From: Auanema rhodensis
Lineage: Eukaryota > Animalia > Nematoda
Reading direction: 5' to 3'
DNA length: 64,000 bases
NCBI GenBank assembly: GCA_964057225.1
Contig: OZ059895.1
Location: 2,666,001 to 2,730,000, forward strand
The notes under the pieces were generated by a model. That model was not told where the DNA came from, searched no databases, and saw nothing but the letters and a program-made list of their open reading frames with translations. Positions 1-11,583 of the stretch are shown here, piece after piece (the stretch's first letter is position 1; every line of letters starts with the position of its first letter). The translations under genes and the position numbers were made by a program.

Positions 1-175
1 ACTGATATAAGTTCACACTTATATACTCGATTTTCACCCTGAAGAATTAATTTTTTCGTTGAATAACATTGTCCATCGTCTTTGCCTTGAAAAAAGGAAT
101 CTAAAAACATCTACTTTTTGCTAAATTATCATGAAATTTTTCGAAAAAATTTTTGTCAAAATGTTTTTGGAAGCA

Positions 176-203
176 ATGTTGAGTGTACATGGAAACTCAA
201 CAT
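176..203. other. Inverted repeat 3 (p176-203): perfect 9-bp stem, 10-nt loop
   Basis: ATGTTGAGT-gtacatggaa-ACTCAACAT. Confidence 0.9.
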
Positions 204-271
204 ACACTTATGCATCATTTTTCGAACAATCATAACTAATTTTTGTATTAAGCGTTTCTCAATGTAGTATA

Positions 272-341
272 GTGCATCCGATGCGGATTTTTAAGCTGCG
301 TCGATCTGTGTTATCAGATTTGCGCTAGCTTAAAAATGCAC
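272..341. other. Inverted repeat 4 (p272-341): long imperfect hairpin with a perfect 11-bp outer stem
   Basis: ATTTTTAAGCT (287-297)/AGCTTAAAAAT (327-337), then GCG/CGC and ATCTG/CAGAT closing a TGTTAT loop; outer GTGC (272-275)/GCAC (338-341). Confidence 0.9.
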
Positions 342-354
342 CGAGATATCAACT

Positions 355-376
355 GATATAAGTTCACACTTATATC
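355..376. other. Inverted repeat 1 (p4-25): perfect 9-bp stem, 4-nt loop, present in nearly every monomer
   Basis: GATATAAGT-tcac-ACTTATATC; the arms are exact reverse complements. Confidence 0.9.
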
Positions 377-453
377 CTCGATTTTCACCCTGAAGATTTA
401 ATTTTTTCGTTGAATAACATTGTCCATCGTCTTCGCCTTGAAAAAAGGAATCT

Positions 454-519
454 AAAAACATCTACTTTTTGCTAAATTATTTTGAAATTTTTCGAAAAAA
501 TTTTTGTCAAAATGTTTTT
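454..519. other. Inverted repeat 2 (p103-168): nested dyad centred on the 12-bp palindrome TTTTTCGAAAAA
   Basis: TTTTTCGAAAAA at p137-148, flanked by ATTTTGA (p128-134)/TCAAAAT (p156-162) and AAAAAC (p103-108)/GTTTTT (p163-168). Confidence 0.8.
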
Positions 520-3500
520 GGAAGCAATGTTGAGTGTACATGGAAACTCAACATACACTTATGCATCATTTTTCGAACAATCATAACTAATTTTTGTATT
601 AAGCGTTTCTCAATGTAGTATAGTGCATTCGATGCGGATTTTTAAGCTGCGTCGATCTGTGTTATCAGATTTGCGCTAGCTTAAAAATGCACCGAGATAT
701 CAACTGATATAAGTTCACACTTATATCCTCGATTTTCACCCTGAAGAATTAATTTTTTCGTTGAATAACATTGTCCATCGTCTTTGCCTTGAAAAAAAGA
801 ATCTAAAAACATCTACTTTTTGCTAAATTATTTTGAAATTTTTCGAAAAAATTTTTGTCAAAATGTTTTTGGAAGCAATGTTGAGTGTACATGGAAACTC
901 AACATACACTTATGCATCATTTTTCAAACAATCATAACTAATTTTTGTATTAAGCGTTTCTCAATGTAGTATAGTGCATCCGATGCGGATTTTTAAGCTG
1001 CGTCGATCTGTGTTATCAGATTTGCGCTAGCTTAAAAATGCACCGAGATATCAACTGATATAAGTTCACACTTATATCCTCGATTTTCACCCTGAAGAAT
1101 TAATTTTTTCGTTGAATAACATTGTCCATCGTCTTCGCCTTGAAAAAAGGAATCTGAAAACATCTACTTTTTGCTAAATTATTTTGAAATTTTTCGAAAA
1201 AATTTTTGTCAAAATGTTTTTGGAAGCAATGTTGAGTGTACATGGGAACTCAACATACACTAATGCATCATTTTTTAAACGATCATAACTAATTTTTGTA
1301 TTAAGCGTTTCTCAATGTAGTATAGTGCATTCGATGCGGATTTTTAAGCTGCGTCGATTTGTGTTATCAGATTTGCGCTAGCTTAAAAATGCACCGAGAT
1401 ATCAACTGATATAAGTTCACACTTATATCCTCGATTTTCACCCTGAAGATTTAATTTTTTCGTTGAATAACATTGTCCATCGTCTTCGCCTTGAAAAAAG
1501 GAATCTAAAAACATCTACTTTTTGCTAAATTATTTTGAAATTTTTCGAAAAAATTTTTGTCAAAATGTTTTTGGAAGCAATGTTGAGTGTACATGGAAAC
1601 TCAACATACACTTATGCATCATTTTTCGAACAATCATAACTAATTTTTGTATTAAGCGTTTCTCAATGTAGTATAGTGCATTCGATGCGGATTTTTAAGC
1701 TGCGTCGATCTGTGTTATCAGATTTGCGCTAGCGTAAAAATGCACCGAGATATCAACTGATATAAGTTCACACTTATATCCTCGATTTTCACCCTGAAGA
1801 ATTAATTTTTTCGTTGAATAACATTGTCCATCGTCTTTGCCTTGAATAAAGGAATCTAAAAACATCTACTTTTTGCTAAATTATTTTGAAATTTTTCGAA
1901 AAAATTTTTGTCAAAATGTTTTTGGAAGCAATGTTGAGTGTACATGGAAACTCAACATACACTTATGCATCATTTTTCGAACAATCATAACTAATTTTTG
2001 TATTAAGCGTTTCTCAATGTAGTATAGTGCATTCGATGCGGATTTTTAAGCTGCGTCGATCTGTGTTATCAGATTTGCGCTAGCGTAAAAATGCACCGAG
2101 ATATCAACTGATATAAGTTCACACTTATATCCTCGATTTTCACCCTGAAGAATTAATTTTTTCGTTGAATAACATTGTCCATCGTCTTTGCCTTGAATAA
2201 AGGAATCTAAAAACATCTACTTTTTGCTAAATTATTTTGAAATTTTTCGAAAAAATTTTTGTCAAAATGTTTTTGGAAGCAATGTTGAGTGTACATGGAA
2301 ACTCAACATACACTTATGCATCATTTTTCAAACAATCATAACTAATTTTTGTATTAAGCGTTTCTCAATGTAGTATAGTGCATCCGATGCGGATTTTCAA
2401 GCTGCGTCGATCTGTGTTATCAGATTTGCGCTAGCTTAAAAATGCACCGAGATATCAACTGATAAAAGTTCACACTTATATCCTCGATTTTCACCCTGAA
2501 GAATTAATTTTTTCGTTGAATAACATTGTCCATCGTCTTTGCCTTGAAAAAAGGAATCTAAAAACATCTACCTTTTGCTAAATTATTTAGAAATTTTTCG
2601 AAAAAATTTTTGTCAAAATGTTTTTGGAAGCAATGTTGAGTGTACATGGAAACTCAACATACACTTATGCATCATTTTTCAAACAATCATAACTAATTTT
2701 TGTATTAAGCGTTTCTCAACGTAGTAGAGTGCATTCGATGCGGATTTTTAAGCTGCGTCGATCTGTGTTATCAGATTTGCGCTAGCTTATAAATGCACCG
2801 AGATATCAACTGATATAAGTTCACACTTATATCCTCGATTTTCACCCTGAAGAATTAATTGTTTCGTTGAATAACATTGTCCATCGTCTTTGCCTTGAAA
2901 AAAGGAATCTAAAAACAACTACTTTTTGCTAAATTATTTTGAAATTTTTCGAAAAAATTTTTGTCAAAATGTTTTTGGGAGCAATGTTGAGTGTACATGG
3001 AAACTCAACATACACTTATGCATCATTTTTCAAACAATCATAACTAATTTTTGTATCAAGCGTTTCTCAACGTAGTAGAGTGCATTCGATGCGGATTTTT
3101 AAGCTGCGTCGATCTGTGTTATCAGATTTGCGCTAGCTTAAAAATGCACCGAGATATCAACTGATATAAGTTCACACTTATATCCTCGATTTTCACCCTG
3201 AAGAATTAATTTTTTCGTTGAATAACATTGTCCACCGTCTTCGCCTTGAAAAAAGGAATCTAAAAACATCTACTTTTTGCTAAATTATTTTGAAATGTTT
3301 CGAAAAAATTTTTGTCAAAATGTTTTTGGAAGCAATGTTGAGTTTACATGGAAACTCAACATACACTAATGCATCATTTTTCAAACGATCATAACTAATT
3401 TTTGTATTAAGCGTTTCTCAATGTAGTATAGTGCATTCGATGCGGATTTTTAAGCTGCGTCGATTTGTGTTATCAGATTTGCGCTAGCTTAAAAATGCAC

Positions 3501-6500
3501 CGAGATATCAACTGATATAAGTTCACACTTATATACTCGATTTTCACCCTGAAGAATTAATTTTTTCGTTGAATAACATTGTCCATCGTCTTTGCCTTGA
3601 AAAAAGGAATCTAAAAACATCTACTTTTTGCTAAATTATCATGAAATTTTTCGAAAAAATTTTTGTCAAAATGTTTTTGGAAGCAATGTTGAGTGTACAT
3701 GGAAACTCAACATACACTTATGCATCATTTTTCGAACAATCATAACTAATTTTTGTATTAAGCGTTTCTCAATGTAGTATAGTGCATCCGATGCGGATTT
3801 TTAAGCTGCGTCGATCTGTGTTATCAGATTTGCGCTAGCTTAAAAATGCACCGAGATATCAACTGATATAAGTTCACACTTATATCCTCGATTTTCACCC
3901 TGAAGATTTAATTTTTTCGTTGAATAACATTGTCCATCGTCTTCGCCTTGAAAAAAGGAATCTAAAAACATCTACTTTTTGCTAAATTATTTTGAAATTT
4001 TTCGAAAAAATTTTTGTCAAAATGTTTTTGGAAGCAATGTTGAGTGTACATGGAAACTCAACATACACTTATGCATCATTTTTCGAACAATCATAACTAA
4101 TTTTTGTATTAAGCGTTTCTCAATGTAGTATAGTGCATTCGATGCGGATTTTTAAGCTGCGTCGATCTGTGTTATCAGATTTGCGCTAGCTTAAAAATGC
4201 ACCGAGATATCAACTGATATAAGTTCACACTTATATCCTCGATTTTCACCCTGAAGAATTAATTTTTTCGTTGAATAACATTGTCCATCGTCTTTGCCTT
4301 GAAAAAAGGAATCTAAAAACATCTACTTTTTGCTAAATTATTTTGAAATTTTTCGAAAAAATTTTTGTCAAAATGTTTTTGGAAGCAATGTTGAGTGTAC
4401 ATGGAAACTCAACATACACTTATGCATCATTTTTCAAACAATCATAACTAATTTTTGTATTAAGCGTTTCTCAATGTAGTATAGTGCATCCGATGCGGAT
4501 TTTTAAGCTGCGTCGATCTGTGTTATCAGATTTGCGCTAGCTTAAAAATGCACCGAGATATCAACTGATATAAGTTCACACTTATATCCTCGATTTTCAC
4601 CCTGAAGAATTAATTTTTTCGTTGAATAACATTGTCCATCGTCTTCGCCTTGAAAAAAGGAATCTGAAAACATCTACTTTTTGCTAAATTATTTTGAAAT
4701 TTTTCGAAAAAATTTTTGTCAAAATGTTTTTGGAAGCAATGTTGAGTGTACATGGGAACTCAACATACACTAATGCATCATTTTTTAAACGATCATAACT
4801 AATTTTTGTATTAAGCGTTTCTCAATGTAGTATAGTGCATTCGATGCGGATTTTTAAGCTGCGTCGATTTGTGTTATCAGATTTGCGCTAGCTTAAAAAT
4901 GCACCGAGATATCAACTGATATAAGTTCACACTTATATCCTCGATTTTCACCCTGAAGATTTAATTTTTTCGTTGAATAACATTGTCCATCGTCTTCGCC
5001 TTGAAAAAAGGAATCTAAAAACATCTACTTTTTGCTAAATTATTTTGAAATTTTTCGAAAAAATTTTTGTCAAAATGTTTTTGGAAGCAATGTTGAGTGT
5101 ACATGGAAACTCAACATACACTTATGCATCATTTTTCGAACAATCATAACTAATTTTTGTATTAAGCGTTTCTCAATGTAGTATAGTGCATTCGATGCGG
5201 ATTTTTAAGCTGCGTCGATCTGTGTTATCAGATTTGCGCTAGCGTAAAAATGCACCGAGATATCAACTGATATAAGTTCACACTTATATCCTCGATTTTC
5301 ACCCTGAAGAATTAATTTTTTCGTTGAATAACATTGTCCATCGTCTTTGCCTTGAATAAAGGAATCTAAAAACATCTACTTTTTGCTAAATTATTTTGAA
5401 ATTTTTCGAAAAAATTTTTGTCAAAATGTTTTTGGAAGCAATGTTGAGTGTACATGGAAACTCAACATACACTTATGCATCATTTTTCAAACAATCATAA
5501 CTAATTTTTGTATTAAGCGTTTCTCAATGTAGTATAGTGCATCCGATGCGGATTTTCAAGCTGCGTCGATCTGTGTTATCAGATTTGCGCTAGCTTAAAA
5601 ATGCACCGAGATATCAACTGATATAAGTTCACACTTATATCCTCGATTTTCACCCTGAAGAATTAATTTTTTCGTTGAATAACATTGTCCATCGTCTTCG
5701 CCTTGAAAAAAGGAATCTAAAAACATCTACTTTTTGCTAAATTATTTTGAAATGTTTCGAAAAAATTTTTGTCAAAATGTTTTTGGAAGCAATGTTGAGT
5801 TTACATGGAAACTCAACATACACTAATGCATCATTTTTCAAACGATCATAACTAATTTTTGTATTAAGCGTTTCTCAATGTAGTATAGTGCATTCGATGC
5901 GGATTTTTAAGCTGCGTCGATTTGTGTTATCAGATTTGCGCTAGCTTAAAAATGCACCGAGATATCAACTGATATAAGTTCACACTTATATCCTCGATTT
6001 TCACCCTGAAGAATTATTTTTTTCGTTGAATAACATTGTCCATCGTCTTTGCCTTGAAAAAAGGAATCTAAAAACATCTACTTTTTGCTAAATTATTTTG
6101 AAATTTTTCGAAAAAATTTTTGTCAAAATGTTTTTGGAAGCAATGTTGAGTGTACATGGAAACTCAACATACACTAATGCATCATTTTTTAAACGATCAT
6201 AACTAATTTTTGTATTAAGCGTTTCTCAATGTAGTATAGTGCATTCGATGCGGATTTTTAAGCTGCGTCGATTTGTGTTATCAGATTTGCGCTAGCTTAA
6301 AAATGCACCGAGATATCAACTGATATAAGTTCACACTTATATCCTCGATTTTCACCCTGAAGATCTAATTTTTTCGTTGAATAACATTGTCCATCGTCTT
6401 CGCCTTGAAAAAAGGAATCTAAAAACATCTACTTTTTGCTAAATTATTTTGAAATTTTTCGAAAAAATTTTTGTCAAAATGTTTTTGGAAGCAATGTTGA

Positions 6501-8281
6501 GTGTACATGGAAACTCAACATACACTTATGCATCACTTTTCGAACAATCATAACTAATTTTTGTATTAAGCGTTTCTCAATGTAGTATAGTGCATTCGAT
6601 GCGGATTTTTAAGCTGCGTCGATCTGTGTTATCAGATTTGCGCTAGCGTAAAAATGCACCGAGATATATACTGATATAAGTTCACACTTATATCCTCGAT
6701 TTTCACCCTGAAGAATTAATTTTTTCGTTGAATAACATTGTCCATCGTCTTTGCCTTGAAAAAAGGAATCTAAAAACATCTACTTTTTGCTAAATTATTT
6801 TGAAATTTTTCGAAAAAATTTTTGTCAAAATGTTTTTGGAAGCAATGTTGAGTGTACATGGAAACTCAACATACACTTATGCATCATTTTTCAAACAATC
6901 ATAACTAATTTTTGTAATAAGCGTTTCTCAATGTAGTATAGTGCATCCGATGCGGATTTTTAAGCTGCGTCGATCTGTGTTATCAGATTTGCGCTAGCTT
7001 AAAAATGCACCGAGATATCAACTGATATAAGTTCACACTTATATCCTCGATTTTCACCCTGAAGAATTAATTTTTTCGTTGAATAACATTGTCCATCGTC
7101 TTTGCCTTGAAAAAAGGAATCTAAAAACATCTACTTTTTGCTAAATTATCATGAAATTTTTCGAAAAAATTTTTGTCAAAATGTTTTTGGAAGCAATGTT
7201 GAGTGTACATGGAAACTCAACATACACTTATGCATCATTTTTCGAACAATCATAACTAATTTTTGTATTAAGCGTTTCTCAATGTAGTGTAGTGCATCCG
7301 ATGCGGATTTTTAAGCTGCGTCGATCTGTGTTATCAGATTTGCGCTAGCTTAAAAATGCACCGAGATATCAACTGATATAAGTTCACACTTATATCCTCG
7401 ATTTTCACCCTGAAGATTTAATTTTTTCGTTGAATAACATTGTCCATCGTCTTCGCCTTGAAAAAAGGAATCTAAAAACATCTACTTTTTGCTAAATTAT
7501 TTTGAAATTTTTCGAAAAAATTTTTGTCAAAATGTTTTTGGAAGCAATGTTGAGTGTACATGGAAACTCAACATACACTTATGCATCATTTTTCAAACAA
7601 TCATAACTAATTTTTGTATTAAGCGTTTCTCAACGTAGTAGAGTGCATTCGATGCGGATTTTTAAGCTGCGTCGATCTGTGTTATCAGATTTGCGCTAGC
7701 TTAAAAATGCACCGAGATATCAACTGATATAAGTTCACACTTATATCCTCGATTTTCACCCTGAAGAATTAATTTTTTCGTTGAATAACATTGTCCATCG
7801 TCTTTGCCTTGAAAAAAGGAATCTAAAAACATCTACTTTTTGCTAAATTATTTTGAAATTTTTCGAAAAAATTTTTGTCAAAATGTTTTTGGAAGCAATG
7901 TTGAGTGTACATGGAAACTCAACATACACTTATGCATCATTTTTCAAACAATCATAACTAATTTTTGTATTAAGCGTTTCTCAATGTAGTATAGTGCATC
8001 CGATGCGGATTTTTAAGCTGCGTCGATCTGTGTTATCAGATTTGCGCTAGCTTAAAAATGCACCGAGATATCAACTGATATAAGTTCACACTTATATCCT
8101 CGATTTTCACCCTGAAGATTTAATTTTTTCGTTGAATAACATTGTCCATCGTCTTCGCCTTGAAAAAAGGAATCTAAAAACCTCTACTTTTCGCTAAATT
8201 ATTTTGAAATTTTTCGAAAAAATTTTTGTCAAAATGTTTTTGGAAGCAATGTTGAGTGTACATGGAAACTCAACATACACT

Positions 8282-11200
8282 AATGCATCATTTTTTAAAC
8301 GATCATAACTAATTTTTGTATTAAGCGTTTCTCAATGTAGTATAGTGCATTCGATGCGGATTTTTAAGCTGCGTCGATTTGTGTTATCAGATTTGCGCTA
8401 GCTTAAAAATGCACCGAGATATCAACTGATATAAGTTCACACTTATATCCTCGATTTTCACCCTGAAGAATTAATTTTTTCGTTGAATAACATTGTCCAT
8501 CGTCTTTGCCTTGAAAAAAGGAATCTAAAAACATCTACTTTTTGCTAAATTATTTTGAAATTTTTCGAAAAAATTTTTGTCAAAATGTTTTTGGAAGCAA
8601 TGTTGAGTGTACATGGAAACTCAACATACACTTATGCATCATTTTTCAAACAATCATAACTAATTTTTGTATTAAGCGTTTCTCAACGTAGTAGAGTGCA
8701 TTCGATGCGGATTTTTAAGCTGCGTCGATCTGTGTTATCAGATTTGCGCTAGCTTAAAAATGCACCGAGATATCAACTGATATAAGTTCACACTTATATC
8801 CTCGATTTTCACCCTGAAGATTTAATTTTTTCGTTGAATAACATTGTCCATCGTCTTCGCCTTGAAAAAAGGAATCTAAAAACATCTACTTTTTGCTAAA
8901 TTATTTTGAAATTTTTCGAAAAAAGTTTTGTCAAAATGTTTTTGGAAGCAATGTTGAGTGTACATGGAAACTCAACATACACTTATGCATCATTTTTCGA
9001 ACAATCATAACTAATTTTTGTATTAAGCGTTTCTCAATGTAGTATAGTGCATTCGATGCGGATTTTTAAGCTGCGTCGATCTGTGTTATCAGATTTGCGC
9101 TAGCGTAAAAATGCACCGAGATATCAACTGATATAAGTTCACACTTATATCCTCGATTTTCACCCTGAAGAATTAATTTTTTCGTTGAATAACATTGTCC
9201 ATCGTCTTTGCCTTGAATAAAGGAATCTAAAAACATCTACTTTTTGCTAAATTATTTTGAAATTTTTCGAAAAAATTTTTGTCAAAAGGTTTTTGGAAGC
9301 AATGTTGAGTGTACATGGAAACTCAACATACACTTATGCATCATTTTTCAAACAATCATAACTAATTTTTGTATTAAGCGTTTCTCAATGTAGTATAGTG
9401 CATCCGATGCGGATTTTTAAGCTGCGTCGATCTGTGTTATCAGATTTGCGCTAGCTTAAAAATGCACCGAGATATCAACTGATATAAGTTCACACTTATA
9501 TCCTCGATTTTCACCCTGAAGAATTAATTTTTTCGTTGAATAACATTGTCCATCGTCTTCGCCTTGAAAAAAGGAATCTAAAAACATCTACTTTTTGCTA
9601 AATTATTTTGAAATGTTTCGAAAAAATTTTTGTCAAAATGTTTTTGGAAGCAATGTTGAGTTTACATGGAAACTCAACATACACTAATGCATCATTTTTC
9701 AAACGATCATAACTAATTTTTGTATTAAGCGTTTCTCAATGTAGTATAGTGCATTCGATGCGGATTTTTAAGCTGCGTCGATTTCTGTTATCAGATTTGC
9801 GCTAGCTTAAAAATGCACCGAGATATCAACTGATATAAGTTCACACTTATATCCTCGATTTTCACCCTGAAGAATTAATTTTTTCGTTGAATAACATTGT
9901 CCATCGTCTTTGCCTTGAAAAAAGGAATCTAAAAACATCTACTTTTTGCTAAATTATTTTGAAATTTTTCGAAAAAATTTTTGTCAAAATGTTTTTGGAA
10001 GCAATGTTGAGTGTACATGGAAACTCAACATACACTAATGCATCATTTTTTAAACGATCATAACTAATTTTTGTATTAAGCGTTTCTCAATGTAGTATAG
10101 TGCATTCGATGCGGATTTTTAAGCTGCGTCGATTTGTGTTATCAGATTTGCGCTAGCTTAAAAATGCACCGAGATATCAACTGATATAAGTTCACACTTA
10201 TATCCTCGATTTTCACCCTGAAGAATTAATTTTTTCGTTGAATAACATTGTCCATCGTCTTTGCCTTGAAAAAAGGAATCTAAAAACATCTACTTTTTGC
10301 TAAATTATTTTGAAATTTTTCGAAAAAATTTTTGTCAAAATGTTTTTGGAAGCAATGTTGAGTGTACATGGAAACTCAACATACACTTATGCATCATTTT
10401 TCAAACAATCATAACTAATTTTTGTATTAAGCGTTTCTCAACGTAGTAGAGTGCATTCGATGCGGATTTTTAAGCTGCGTCGATCTGTGTTATCAGATTT
10501 GCGCTAGCTTAAAAATGCACCGAGATATCAACTGATATAAGTTCACACTTATATCCTCGATTTTCACCCTGAAGATTTAATTTTTTCGTTGAATAACATT
10601 GTCCATCGTCTTCGCCTTGAAAAAAGGAATCTAAAAACATCTACTTTTTGCTAAATTATTTTGAAATTTTTCGAAAAAATTTTTGTCAAAATGTTTTTGG
10701 AAGCAATGTTGAGTGTACATGGAAACTCAACATACACTTATGCATCATTTTTCGAACAATCATAACTAATTTTTGTATTAAGCGTTTCTCAATGTAGTAT
10801 AGTGCATTCGATGCGGATTTTTAAGCTGCGTCGATCTGTGTTATCAGATTTGCGCTAGCGTAAAAATGCACCGAGATATCAACTGATATAAGTTCACACT
10901 TATATCCTCGATTTTCACCCTGAAGAAATAATTTTTTCGTTGAATAACATTGTCCATCGTCTTTGCCTTGAAAAAAGGAATCTAAAAACATCTACTTTTT
11001 GCTAAATTATTTTGAAATTTTTCGAAAAAATTTTTGTCAAAATGTTTTTGGAAGCAATGTTGAGTGTACATGGAAACTCAACATACACTTATGCATCATT
11101 TTTCAAACAATCATAACTAATTTTTGTATTAAGCGTTTCTCAATGTAGTATAGTGCATCCGATGCGGATTTTTAAGCTGCGTCGATCTGTGTTATCAGAT

Positions 11201-11583
11201 TTGCGCTAGCTTAAAAATGCACCGAGATATCAACTGATATAAGTTCACACTTATATCCTCGATTTTCACCCTGAAGAATTAATTTTTTCGTTGAATAACA
11301 TTGTCCATCGTCTTCGCCTTGAAAAAAGGAATCTAAAAACATCTACTTTTTGCTAAATTATTTTGAAATGTTTCGAAAAAATTTTTGTCAAAATGTTTTT
11401 GGAAGCAATGTTGAGTTTACATGGAAACTCAACATACACTAATGCATCATTTTTCAAACGATCATAACTAATTTTTGTATTAAGCGTTTCTCAATGTAGT
11501 ATAGTGCATTCGATGCGGATTTTTAAGCTGCGTCGATTTGTGTTATCAGATTTGCGCTAGCTTAAAAATGCACCGAGATATCA
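8282..11583. repeat. 5-monomer (1755-bp) tandem duplication, M24 tail-M28 vs M29 tail-M33
   Basis: The series 223T/228G/306T; 263C/270G; 46T/83C/224G/330G; 278C; 138G/185T occurs twice at 1755-bp spacing. Confidence 0.8.

Larger units (their letters stand above)
352..702. repeat. Representative 351-bp monomer (M2), about 31% GC, rich in A/T tracts
   Basis: Hand count of 109 G+C in the 351-nt consensus; many A4-6/T4-6 runs concentrated at p90-168. Confidence 0.97.
1..5616. repeat. Block duplication: M1-M5 repeated as M11-M15 (offset 3510 bp)
   Basis: Same ordered variants: M1/M11 (C25A, ATCATG, 224G, 278C), M2/M12 (46T, 83C), M4/M14 (CTGAAAA, GGGAACT, TTTAAAC), M5/M15 (330G). M7 also matches M16 (GAATAAA, TTTCAAG). 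Confidence 0.88.

Noticed and set aside
54-70. CENP-B box-like TTTCGTTGAATAACATT
   Set aside because: Matches the TTCG and A positions but entirely lacks the essential CGGG (5 of 9 core bases).
36-80. Hammerhead ribozyme or retrozyme (CTGAAGA at p39-45, GTC at p71-73; monomer size similar to ribozyme-bearing satellites)
   Set aside because: No GAAA box at the right place (GAATAAC instead), no stem II and no stem I pairing. The minus strand has CTGATAA, not CTGANGA. An Infernal/RNAmotif search on a dimer would settle it.
265-370. Pol III promoter or tRNA-derived SINE (TAGTATAGTGC resembles a tRNA A-box)
   Set aside because: The B-box-like ATTCGATGC directly abuts it, the next candidate GTTCACACT is a poor match about 95 bp away, internal T-runs would terminate Pol III, and there is no cloverleaf.
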